Below are positions 50,322 to 62,949 of a stretch of 64,000 bases of DNA, piece after piece. This stretch comes from Dimorphilus gyrociliatus (taxonomy: Eukaryota > Animalia > Annelida): contig CAJFCJ010000040.1 of NCBI GenBank assembly GCA_904063045.1, positions 9,306-73,305 on the forward strand, in the 5' to 3' direction. The first letter of the stretch is position 1. Every line of letters starts with the position of its first letter. The translations under genes were made by a program, and so were the position numbers. A model generated the notes under the pieces. The model saw only the letters and a program-made list of their open reading frames with translations, was not told the DNA's origin and made no database searches.

Positions 50322-53018
50322 GGGACCAGTAGAAAACAGCCAGGATTGAAAACGGCCAGAGTTGAAAATGGCCAGAGCTCAGTTGAAAATGGCCAGAGCT
50401 ATGATTGAAAATGGCCAGAACTCTGATTGAAAAATTATATTATTTTTAACTGCTCAAAACCTTCACATAATTAAATGTTTGTGAGTGATAATGTCACAAC
50501 TAAAATAATATACCAGTTTTCTTTTGTAAAATGTATATTTCACTGAAACTATTTCTGTTTGAAACCATTAGGCAACATTCATAAATTTGATAATTTAAAC
50601 AAGTATAATGGCCATAATAGGGGGTTATTTATTTTATATTTAAAAAGAATTAATTTTGTTCTTGTCATCACTTTTTTTCAGAATATTTTTGATTGCATTT
50701 CCACAGAAAGTTCTACTTTATATCAGACCACTTTCAAAATGGCTCCTTCTTGCTATTCTTGCCAAACAAAAATATATAAAAAATATGAATGCATATGCAG
50801 TCTATGCAAGAAAATATTTCACTTGAAATGTTTAAGAGGTAAGACTTCATTAGTTTTTTTAAACTTTTAAAAGTTGTGTTTTAGATGGTTTTTGCTCAAT
50901 GTGTACAACAATCAACAAACATCAATTAAAAGTTTTTTTGAACAAACATGATGACATCTCTGTTCTTTTTCAACAACCAGAAGTTGAAAAAAACACTGCA
51001 ATGGAGGTGGACAACCAAGCTTGCACTTCTGATAAAATAATGGCAGAAGAGAGCATGACAGAAGATGTTGTTACTGCATTTCAATTGGAAGAAGAAATAC
51101 AAACAAGTCATTGTGAAATCCTAAATTCTGTTCTGGAGAATGAAAATATCATGGAAGTTGATCATGAAGAGGAATGTATGACAACTGATATAGCACAAGA
51201 AGATGTTAATAATGGATTTAATGCTCAAAATCATATAGAAAGCTCTTTTGAAGACATAATGGATGAAGCAAATTTAGATGATGATGGAGCATTTAAAATT
51301 TTCAAGAATGGAAGCCAAAAAGGAAAACCATTAATGGTTCACAATGGCTTTTCATATACAATAAAAGAATGTGGAGAGCACTTCAGAATATGGAGATGCA
51401 GTGTGAGAAATAAAAACAAAAAGTGTGCTGGAAGTATAAATGAATATAAGGGTAATTGCCAAATAGGCTCCAAACAACACATTCATCCTCCAACACTAAA
51501 TTTGGAAAAAATCATAGAAATGAAAATCAATAAAAGAGAAAGAGCAAATAAGGATTTAAATGTAAGCAGCAAAAGAATAGTAGAAGACTCATATCTGCAA
51601 AATGAAAATGTGTCCAATTTTCCAAAAATATCTACATCAAAAGCAATTAACTATCAAAGGAGGAAAAATAGACCAAAGGAACCAGAATCAATAGGTTTTC
51701 TGCTAAATTTTACATTTATTCCAAATGGATTTTTCAGAGAGGATATTCAGGAAAAAGATGAGAGAATAATAATGTTTGGAACTCATCACCAAATGCAACT
51801 GCTATCTTCTGCAAAGATGTGGTTTTTAGATGGAACTTTCAAAGTTGTAAATCCTCCCTTCAAACAGCTGTTTTCCATTCACTCATTTCTGAAAAAAGAT
51901 GGTGTGCTTAAACAAGTTCCTCTTCTTTTTGCAATGACATCATCAAAAAATAAAGTCTGTTATTCTCTTTTATTTTAGGTATACTTTAAATACTATTTTG
52001 AAAAAAGTCTACAAATATTTCTTCATGCTGTAAAAAAATTGATTCCTGACAAATCACCAAAGAAAATATTGGTAGATTTTGAAAGAGCAGTTTGGAAGAA
52101 TTTACAAAAGCATTATCCAGATGCTGAAGTAAAAGGCTGTCTCTTTCACTGGACTCAGGCAGTCTTCAGAAAGATTCAAGTGCATAATTTTTTTGTGTTT
52201 AATATTTTCTTAAAAAACTAATTTTCTTTTGGATTTTGTAGGAATTGGGTTATTCTGCTGAATATAAAAACCATACTGGACAATGGACTGAAATGAAAAA
52301 GCTATTGGCATTACCATTCTTACCTGCTGATGTTATTCCAAATGAATTTCATAAAATAAAACAACATTTGAAAGCAATTCAGAAATTGGAGGATCTTGTT
52401 AACTATATTGAGGCTACTTGGATTGAAGATAGTCTGTGGACACCATCATCTTGGTCAGCATATGAATCTCCTATCAGAACAAATAATGATGTTGAGGGAT
52501 TCCACAATAGATTGAATATAAATATGGGCAACTCCAAATCTTTTTACAATCTGATAGATGAGCTGAAAAGAGAGGCTGATCTCATTCCAATTTATCAACA
52601 GCTGCTTTCTGAAAAGAAATTGAAGAGATTACAGAAAAAAATCTATTTAAATGTCCAAAAAGAAATATTTGATACTTGGGAGAAATTTAAAAATGGTGAA
52701 ATAACAGCAGCTCAGATTTTTGGAAAATTGTTCAAAAATATATTTTTCACATTAGATATTTTTAGTTCAAGTTGTTACTTTTAGTAGTTTCTCTTTTTTC
52801 TATTTGTTTTAATGTTGTTTCATTTTCATGAAATATATATCTTCAAACTATTCTTATCATTTAGAATAATCAATATTATTATTTATTTATAATTATAATT
52901 TTTTATATAAAACTAGGTCTTTGGCCGTTTTCAATCAGAGTTCTGGCCATTTTCAATCATAGCTCTGGCCATTTTCAACTCTGGCCGTTTTCAATCCTGG
53001 CTGTTTTCTACCATGTTT
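50322..53018 (+). mobile_element. Full-length Mutator (Phantom/Foldback-like) element with internally repeated TIRs
   Basis: Perfect 9-bp TSD GTTTTACCA (50313-50321, 53019-53027). TIRs of about 100 bp are built from ttgaaaa(c/t)ggccaga sub-repeats; the left TIR has one extra unit. Confidence 0.95.
50739..52784 (+). pseudogene. PHD-FLYWCH-MULE DDE transposase, 4 exons, disabled at intron 2
   Basis: Exon 1 spliced to exon 2 (intron 50839-50884) gives CYSC..CSLC..FHLKC..CSMC, a C4HC3 pattern. FLYWCH-like GKPLMVHNGFSY..WRCSVR..C..H.H. Catalytic core WFLDGTFK / LVDFE / GCLFHW / RTNNDVEGFH. TAG at 51976-51978 and an acceptor CAT (52024-52026) instead of CAG. Confidence 0.9.
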
Positions 53019-54468
53019 GTTTTACCAGCCTATCATAAAACCTTAACCCTAACCTTATTTATCGATTACTAGCTTGGTCAACTCAAACATCCTTTCCTTG
53101 TCTTGTGATAGTGTTTCCTTTACCATTGTTAACACTTTGTCAGGTATAAAATGAATTTTATAAGATCCCTCACTTTCCCCCATTGCCAATGTAACAGAAA
53201 TGAATAGAAGGGAAAATCTCAGGATGCAGGAACTTGAATATATATACAAATATAAATGGGTATAAATACAATAACAGAAAAAAAAACAATATTATCCTTA
53301 TTCTTTGTAATGACCTTTTGACCTTTTAGTCTTAAAACATAGAATAAGGACAGTTTGTTTTGTGTAAACTGAAAAAAAAAAATAAATTTGTAATACTTTT
53401 GTTATAAAAAATTGGATGATTTTTTGAAAAATCACCAACTCTTCATCCATTTTGAAATCTTTATTAAATGGTACAATTACAGAACACCTGTTGAGAGTTA
53501 TCAGTGGTAGAAACTCCTATATTGTTGAAAAATGGATTTCATATTGAAAAAACAGACAAAAATGAAAATTTTTACCTCAACACATTCATAAAAGTGAATA
53601 CCGTTGTCAAAATAATAATGAAAATGATGACAAGAATTAAATTCCATTTTTGTACTTTTAACATAGTGGATATAATCAAGTCTAGGCCAGTTGTTATCAT
53701 GAAATACTCCTTTATACATTGATTATGTTGTTTATTTTCAATGATATTCTTATCACTATCAGCTGTATCCATTTTTTTAATCCAAAAAACCCAAAAGTTA
53801 GATATTACTGAAAATTATTTAAGTATTTTCACTGTACAATTAGAATGCAATGAAATATGGTAAGTGTCCAAAAACCAGTGTAGTTACGCTTAGCAATGTA
53901 CACTATTATTATTGAACTTAGCCTGTTATGGCTAGTCCACTCCTAAACAATAATGCAGAGTAGTGAAATAACAATCCTGAATAATGTTACAAGCTTTTTA
54001 GCTTTGTTGTCTTAATTTACTTAAATTAATTCAAACAATCAAGTCCCTGGTCCTTTGTCTTGATCTATGGCAATAAGTTTTTAATTATATCAATGCATCT
54101 ATAACAAGTATCTATAAATTCTCTTTTCTGTAGCCTCTTTCCAAAACAACTGCAGTCTACAGCAATTTATATACTTTGTAGAGACAGTTAGGATTTATAA
54201 ATGGCACATTAAACATTCATTTGTCATTTAGCTGCATTCATAAAACTTCCAGAACCCCTCTAACAATAAATCAATTCAAATTTTGTAGTTAACCCTTTCC
54301 TAAGATGTATTCAAGTCCTATATTTTTTACCTGAACACAATATTACATAGTTAATTATTATCCTGATAGGATTAGCATGATTTGTACCAGAATAATAAAA
54401 ATATTGTAAAGTAAGCATAGACTTTATTGTCTGGCAAACATTTAAATCTTTCATTTAGCAGCATAATA

Positions 54469-57400
54469 ATGATTATATTTATATCTGGATTGATTTTTTT
54501 TGCTATAGAAAAGGTTGAATCCCAAATGTTATCTTTACAGGTTCAAAACGAAAGTGATTTATACGTTGAAGGAATTCTAACAGTTATTGATAAAGTGAAA
54601 AATCGAACATTTCTATTGGAGCACAGTATGCTCTTTTTTAGCTATGATTTCGAACTGTGTGAATCTTGCAACTACGATGGAATTTATGGTATCTCCAGAC
54701 CATATGTTATAAAAAGTACAATTCAAAGCTATTCCTCAATGGATGTATTGTCGCCATGTTGCCTATTGTACGTAAATTTTCTATTACGAATCATTTTTTG
54801 AATAAAAGATAACAATAATGATGATGATGATGATGATAATTATTATAGTTCATTTCATAATGGATTGTTAAGTTTTGGAGTCTATTTGAAATGTTTAAAG
54901 AAAAATGTTGCATGTAAAAAAAAAAAACAAATTAAAATATGGTGGAAAAACAGGAATTTTAATTTTGCTTTTTAACAATTTTATAGTTGCATTTGCTAAA
55001 TTTAATAAAGGATTAAAAGTTTATTCACTATTATGGAAAGAGAAGAATTCCATTTATCATCTAAATGGAATTGGAAAGTCAAATTCAGATTGTAAAAAAT
55101 CACAATTTATTTTTAATGTATATTCAAAAAGATTGAATATAAATCAAACTTTTATTGCATTAATGAATAGTGAATTATCTGATAATGTTGTTATCATAAA
55201 TAAATATAAGATTAACAGTAACAATAACAACAATTTACACCATCGTATCCAGTGTAAATATATGGAATTTGATGGTAAAAAAACACTTTTCAAATCCTGC
55301 GAAATAAGATAGATGTTGAAATTTTTTCAGACTTTAAATTACTGACTGAAAATGATAATTTAGATTTGTATCAGTCGTATAAACACATTTACAAGAGATT
55401 TTCAATTTATTTCAATCCTTATTTCTTCCTATCGAAATCATTTGGTTTCATTCCTCCAATTTTTCAATTTAAAGCCTTATCCATTAGAGAGAGCTATAAA
55501 GTTCTTAATACAATAATATGTGATATTTTATCAATGTCACCAACATCGCTTGTTTATAGACATTTGTTTTTAAAACTGCAATTTAGTGTACAGATTTTCT
55601 AGTTGAAAGAAAATTGTCAACATATTGATATTGATTATCCTCAAAATTTTAGATTCCAATATTTACGAATTGCGCAATGGAGAGAGGCAAAGTTAATGGC
55701 TGTATTGCAAAAGTTGGTTCATATCAGGCAAAGGTCATAGTTTCAAATCCAATTTGTCTACAAAAGAAAAGTACTCGCAACAAAGAATTTCAACATTTTG
55801 TCATTTATCAATATTTTTCTCTTTTTGCAGGAAAACACATTAAATATCAATTATTTCATAGCATTGACAATATTTTGTCGTATGGCGAAAAACATAATTA
55901 CAAGGAATTTAATGGATTACTTCAAATTTTAATATCCAAAATTTGGGTTCATTTTCAATATTTAAGATATAAAGAAGTTGAAATTATCTGCAAAAATTTT
56001 GGTTTCAAATATGGAACTTTAACCGATTTTGATTATAAAGAATTTAATGGTCTTGATATATTCCATGGCGGATTATATTTGAAATCTTTGCACTGTAATA
56101 ATTCTTATTCAAATTTGAATGATTGCGCAATCAAATATGAAAATGAAGGGTACTCTTTGTTTTCTTTTACTAATTAGTTTTTGTTTATTAGAAAATACAA
56201 AAAAAAAAAATATTCAATAAAATAGGTTTTCAAGGAATCCCAATATTCTATATTTCATAAAATGTTCAAGTAAACAAGGTAACTAAATAAACATGAAAAC
56301 AAAATTTCTATATTTCTGTCTTTATTTTCTTTTTGTTTGTCTTATCAAGTAATAGATTGTAAAGAGCCTAATTCATACATTTTATATGATGTATGCTATT
56401 TTATCTTTGAAAATATCAATTCTTTATCAATCAGTGAAATTGAAAGGAAATGCAAAATTGATAATCTAACTCTAACTGATATTCCATCGTCAAATTATTT
56501 ATTCATTTTTCGTTATTTACTTATTAAAATAAAACAGAGTTTTGGATATGTTTACCAGTTTCCTAATAGTTTGTTTGTTTGTTTGTCACTTGAAAATTCT
56601 ACTATCGAACTAAACTCTAAATAGGAGTCTTTCTGAAAGAAATTTCGCATAAGAAACCGAAGGATAAATATTCAAAAAATGATCAATCAATTGAAGTATC
56701 TTTGAGTAATAATCCAATCTCATACAAATCTACAAGTCATTTATTCAATAACAAGGCAAATAGAAATTTTATATACGACTATAGGCCTACCTTAATTAAT
56801 AATTGTATTTTTAGAATTGCAAATTAAAGCTAGACTTTCTCGAATTTATCTTCAACAATAAAGATTCTTCTGACTATAAATTAATAACAGAATATCCTCT
56901 TGGATGTATTACCTTCAACTACTTGAAAAGAAGAGATAATTGGATTGAAATGCAAATAGTTAGATGTAGTTTTTGGACTAAATTTTACATTTGCCATAAA
57001 CAACCAAGTAACTATTTTTTTTGGATACGACAGAAAATGTCCCCAAATTCATGGTTTAACCCTAACCCTAACCTAGCCCTTGTCTCTCTCTAACCTTTTT
57101 GATTACCCCTAACCCTAAGATGGAACCCCCCCCCCCCTAACTACAAATCAAAAGCTACTTTACTCCTGCTAACCATTTTTCAATCCGAAATCTTGCTTTC
57201 AAAAAACTCACTTGGGGACGTTTTCTGTCGACCCTATTTTTTTTTCTTAGTTTTTATTCCTCTTTCTTTTAACTAGAAGTTAAACATTACAATGACCTAA
57301 TTAAGAATTTGATGATAAATGACTTAAAAACTTGCCCCAAAAATACATTTGAATGTAAACATGATGGAATTTGTATATCAAATATTTTTGTCTGCGATGG

Positions 57401-60400
57401 AAAAATTGACTGTCAATTAGAAGAGGATGATGAAAAAGATTGTATTGATAGTGAACTTGAAGAATTTCAAGAATTTCAATGTTTCAATTCCTCTGTGAAA
57501 ATAAATTATAAACTGGTTTGTAATTTTATTAAAAATTGTCCAAATGGTGAAGATGAGAATGGATGTCAAAGGGCAAGTTGTAAACAAAATTATAGGTAAC
57601 CTAACCTATAAGCATTTTCCATAATCTATAAAAGATGATTGATTGCCTAAAATCTTTTATTAGCACCTGTGAAAATGGCCAATGTATTTTAAGTAGTGAA
57701 TTTGGAGATGGTGAAAGAAATTGTTTTGATAAAAGTGATGAAAATGAAATACATTTGAGAAAATTATCTCGAGAAAGTATCATAATGTTTTTGTTTTCAA
57801 GCTCAATTTGTTGAACCTTTTGTGTTGTTTTTTTCTTTCTTTTCCTTAAATAGAATGAAGATTTTTGCAATAAAAAAATATTACTTGATGCCTTTGTTTG
57901 TGATTTTAGAAAAGATTGTATCAATAATATTGATGAAGGTTATTGTAATGGAAATCTTAATGCTACAGTCAAGAAGTCAATTTGCCCTATGGAAAATACC
58001 AAACACCGATGTAGAATTGTGTACGATTCAATGGGCAATTTCAGGACTAAATCACATTTTCCTTATGATGAACTTTTATTCTGTAATCAGTTAAATTGTC
58101 GCCAGGGAGAATATCTATGTCATTTTGAAAAAATATGTATATCAATTCAACAATTCTGCGATGGTGTTAATCATTGTTTCCATGGAGACGATGAGCTATT
58201 CTGTGGTATTTATTTTTTATACGAATATTTTTAACAGTAGGATCATTTTTTTTTATTTCGCCAGAGCATTTCAAACCACCTGGCCTATTTAAATGTAACA
58301 ATGAAAATTTATATTTATTACTGGAAAAAGTATGCAACGGCATTGTAGACTGTTTGCTGGGTAGTGACGAATTTCTTTGTCATTCAAAATTATCTCGAAT
58401 TGGCAATGATTATTGTATTGAGCAGTATTCCCACCATTTACAATGTAAAAGTTTGATAAAGGGAATTGGGAAGAATGAAAAAGTTGTAATTAACAATTAC
58501 GTACGAGTCGTTACGATAGATGGATCATTACGTTTAAATACAAAGAGATTTAAATATTTGAAAGTAACACTATTACACATTGAAAATTGTATTAATATTA
58601 ATGATTTCAAGCTTGATAGTTTTCCAAATGTGGTTGTTGTTATATTAAAAAAAAATTCCATTTTTCATTTAACCAAAAATGATAATGATGATGATGATAA
58701 TGTTCAATTCTCTCCTTTTTTACAATATTTTGATATTTCATTCAATCCAATCAAAAATTTAACTAGCCTTTTGTTAAATTTCCAAACAAATTCACTAAGA
58801 TATCTAGATATTTCTTATACAAAAATTTCAATTCTAAAATTGATTGATTCTCAAACTTTCAATAATTTAAAAATATTCAAATTAGTTAAATGTTCCATTA
58901 CAATAATTGAAAAGAATTTCTTTAAGCGTTTAAACGAATTAAACGAACTTTATATGAATTCTACAAAATTTCCTTTAAAACATTCAAAAGAGATTGTAAA
59001 ACATTTACAAAAAATTAACAAAATATTTTCTACCAGTTTTAATTTATGCTGTTTAATATGGAAATATATAAATATTGAAGTTATTTGCAAACCGTCTTCG
59101 TCACAATTTCAAATTTGTTCCGATCTTTTGGCAACAAAAACAATTCGAATTTTGTTTTGGATTTACGGTTGTAGTGGCTTCCTGGCAAATTTTATAGCAT
59201 TAATCATACAATTAGCTTATCACAAAGCCTTCGTATCCTATCAAACAACACTGATAGTTGGTGACGTTTTTATAAGCATCTACATTCTAACAATTGCAAT
59301 AGTTGACATCTACTACGCGAATCGTTTTCTCGATGAAGAATACAATTGGAGATACGGATACGTTTGCAGTAGTTTTGGAAGTCTTTCGTCCTTTGCGGTA
59401 CTATTGTCATCAAGTAGCCTTTTATTGTTAACAATTGAGAAATTATCCGTAATAACTTCGCTGAGAAAGAGTTCAGTGTTGCTGGTGAAAAGGAAGGCTT
59501 GGTTTTGCGGAGGAAATATAATAATTTCACTGTTATTGGCATCTCTTCCAAATCTTTTATATAGTGTAAATATTAAAAATAGATTTTAATTCTAAAGAAT
59601 CCAGGGACTTGATTAGGGTTAGGGTTAGGGTAAAACCAACAACAACATAAACTTTCCCTTTTCAGAATTATTTTTCAAAAACTCCAATGTGTTTTAATAT
59701 TTTTATTAGAAAAGAAATATTTGAAGGATGGTTTCTATCTTTTATCTATTTTGGAGTTTTCCTATTTCTATACAATACTATAATTCTAATTTGTTATATT
59801 TCAATTATTCTCTTTGTAAGAAAATCAAGATTGAAATTAAAGAACATGTTGAAAACTGAAAGTATTAATACAAGATTATCAAAAAGTATCCTTATCATAA
59901 TATTTACAAATATAATTTGTTGGATGCCATTTTCTTTACTAGGCCTATTGGCTATATTTATAGATTTAAATATTAAGAATAACGTATATTTCTTAATATT
60001 TATTGTCTTTTTACCATTAAATTCTGTTGTAAATCCTTGTATTTTTACATTTTATTGCTACATTGAATATAGGAATATTTCTAAACTGCAAAAGCAACAG
60101 CAAAGGTATTATATGAATTTTTTATTAGCTTTTATGTTATATTTCCAATCATTTCTATTAAGGAAACTTCGTAATGAACAGAATATGTTGCATTTAAGAT
60201 CTTATAGTATCTATTTTATTTTATATATTTTGTATACAGTTTCATTCTATTCATTCTCTATTCTCATTCATCAAACAGTGGCATCTTTCATTAATGAATC
60301 TTTACAAAATCACATCTTTCCAAATATAATAATTAATGACTACAAAAGCGTTCAATCTCAATCTCATCTTATAATCTATAATGCTTGGCAACTTTTCAAA

Positions 60401-60605
60401 TTATTCAAAACTACTATTCAATCTATTCAATTCCTGTCAGAGAGATTGTTTTGTTTTGAAGGAGAATTGGGAATCAATCAAATATGGATTAATGTATACA
60501 ATTCTATATTTTATCATTTGTAATAATAACTGTCTCATAAACACCCTATTTCTTTTCATAGATCAAGACCGGAGAGTATTTTGTTGCAATTGCAAAAGTA
60601 AATGA
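54469..60605 (+). CDS. GRL101-like LDLa-LRR class A GPCR with extra SRCR-like and C-type-lectin-like ectodomain exons; 3' end approximate
   Basis: Signal MIIFISGLIFFAIEKVES. SRCR-like ICKNFGF..LKSLHCNNSYSNLNDC; CTL-like CYFIFE..ERKCK. Multiple LDLa units (C.HDGICISNIFVCDGKIDC..DDEKDC and others). LRRs LQYFDISFNPIKNL and LRYLDISYT. 7TM from CSDLL..RILFW to TIEKL, IIIFTNIICWMP and LPLNSVVNPCIF. Confidence 0.85.
57023..57234 (-). mobile_element. MULE-type MITE, 212 bp, TTAGGG core, in a GPCR intron
   Basis: TIR cgacagaaaatgtccccaa / ttggggacgttttctgtcg, flanked by TATTTTTTTT on both sides. Interior ttaaccctaaccctaacc. Confidence 0.9.
59600..59640 (+). repeat. (TTAGGG)3 MITE-core fragment in a GPCR intron; similar fragments near 21240, 32930-32990, 39710, 41355 and 53040
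   Basis: gggacttgattagggttagggttagggtaaaacc matches the right part of 31054-31260. Confidence 0.6.
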
Positions 60606-60997
60606 TTTTACTATAGAAAATCATCAAAACAATATCTTCAAGTTTGGAATGTTTTTGAGGAAATGCCTTCAGAAACGGACAGTTATTGGAAAACAATTGA
60701 GATATCAGTGAAATGGAAATTTTTTCCAACTGTAAAATAGAGTTTAAAGTTTAGCAGCTGTCTTTAATCTCATTAATGTTGTTTTCCATTGTTCAGAGAA
60801 TATACATCAAATTTAATTATTGTAAAACTACTCTATGAGTACCATCTTTTATGTTTCCTAGACAAAGTCTTCATCTCATTTAGATACACTTTCCTTGAAT
60901 GAAAAAGTTCTGCATTTAAAAAAAAAACGCAATTATAAAGTGAAACTATTCAATTTGTATTTAAATTGAAAAATATTCAACACAAAACAATTTTTTT

Positions 60998-61080
60998 TAC
61001 CAGAATTGAGGTTCGAACCCTCGCGGATATTTGTCCATTGGATCTTAAGTCCAATGCCTTAACCACTCCACCATCCTGGT
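60998..61080 (-). tRNA. tRNA-Leu(UAA), probably a pseudogene
   Basis: Minus strand ACCAGGATGGTGGAGTGGTTAAGGCATTGGACTTAAGATCCAATGGACAAATATCCGCGAGGGTTCGAACCTCAATTCTGGTA. Acceptor stem, anticodon arm, long variable arm and GTTCGAA loop are present; the D- and T-stems are mispaired. Confidence 0.85.
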
Positions 61081-61157
61081 TAATATAGACAAATGATAGT
61101 TTAGATTAAAAGGTGAAGGTTAATTTTAATAAAACAATATACAAATGAACGGCAATT

Positions 61158-62596
61158 TTAACACTGCAAAATGCAACATGGATAATTTGTACAGAAACTG
61201 GAAGTAAATGTATTAAATTTTAAAGATAACGTCTCTAAAGCAGGACAATTATTTAAAAGATAAATTAAAATTTCAAAATGGCATTCCTGTAATTTACAAC
61301 CATTAAGATTTAAATATTTTAAAGTATATTTTGAGGATAATAGGCCTAAACATATTTCATATAAATCTTCATACAAGTTTGAATTATATGAAAGGTTAAT
61401 ATTTTCCAAATTAGTGCATTTTTGAAAAAATCTACTGACAATAGTATTTTGAGATTTTTTATAGAAACAAGAAGAAAAATTGACATATTTAAGTTTTATA
61501 CTATTTAAACTATTGAAAATTTCTTCCATTTCTAAATCATAACCAAAATGACAATAAGAAAGATTTAAAGATTGAAGATTTTTACACTGACTAAACAAAT
61601 CTGCTATTTGAATTGGAATTCTGAAACAAGTGAATTCTATATTTTCAAGTGTAAAAAATGGGTCAAGATTTCCATTATTGAAATACAATAACGTTTTGTC
61701 TATCAATGAAAGATTTTTAATTATCATACGATGCAAAAGATGGCATTCTTTCAGAATTTCTTTCAAGAAATCTATTTCCTCATTCTCCTCCTCTTCGTTA
61801 GGATACAATTGAAGAAAACATACTACTGATATAGATTTTAAATAGGTCATTGCATTTTTTAAAACAATTCGTTTTCTTTCTTCACCAAATCCTGTGCTTA
61901 GTACTGAAATTTCTCTTAATACTTTACAATTTTCTAGTAATTTGGCTAATTGGTTTAAATCGTTATCAGTTTTACATTCATTGATATATCGAGTTTTTTC
62001 AACAATTTAGCAGATACTTGAAGAGCTTTATAGAATTTTGAATATTCAAATTTCTTTGACGAATATACATACTTGAACTCTTCCAAATTGTGACAGTTAT
62101 TTAATAGTTTCTCCAGTAGCATCAGCTCTTTTTCGTTTGGAATTCCTTTGAAATTCATACTTTTAATGGATTGAGAAGATTTTATTAAAGATTTTAAAAG
62201 CAATTCTCTTTCATCTAAAAAATTTCTATCAATATTTAAACTTATCTTTTCCAGTTTATCATGATTTTGTAGGAAATGTAATAGATCTTTGTAACATTTA
62301 GATCTGATGATATCAATTCTCGCACTCAATGATCTCAAATTAGGAAATTTCAAGAGAATATTCTCACCAATATAATTACAATTTTTCCGTTTTAATTCAA
62401 TAGCTGCATTGCAAATTGGAAATTCTTGAACATTTAATAAAACATCCTCAATTGTTACCTTTTCAACTGATTGATTTTTTAGAAACTTAAAACTAGATAA
62501 ATTTTTAAACCTTTTGTCAAAATGTATCATTTTTATAGCAACATTTCTTTTGAAAAATTCAAGATCCGATTCTTGAAAATTTTCTGAATATTTCAT
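61158..62596 (-). CDS. RI-type/F-box-class LRR protein split by a single-base frameshift near 61970
   Basis: Repeated LxxCxNLExINLSYN / LKYLNLNGC. The frame of the 61158-61850 ORF stays open upstream (KTDNDLNQLAKLLENC) into the end of the 61955-62596 ORF. Confidence 0.7.
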
Positions 62597-62949
62597 AGAA
62601 TAATTAAATATTTGTTCTGCTAAACTTTTTGGTAACTTTAATCTCTTTTTTTTATTATATCATTGGTAATAATGAGATTTGAGGAGATAGATTTCGTACG
62701 GATATAAATACTACTATAACTTGACTTTAGTAAGTCCCCATATTGTATTCAAGGATTAAAGTGCTATAAATAGATTTTAGAACACAGCAATTGAAACAAC
62801 ATTGAAAATGCTTTTGGTTTTATTCAAAAGAATCTAAAAGGATATTTTATTAATAACCCTGACTTTTATAAAAAGTCATAAAGGAGTTCATATAAAATAA
62901 AAGAAATCAATGATTAATAGAAACTGCACAATTGAATACATCAATAGAT

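Noticed and set aside
51955-51978. 24-nt intron that would remove the TAG in the transposase
   Set aside because: It is shorter than the other introns here and removes residues that align with the 17.7-kb paralog (KNKVCYSLLF vs KHKRVYKLTF).
53055-53772. Small type II membrane protein gene
   Set aside because: One TM-like stretch is present, but no consistent spliced frame could be built.
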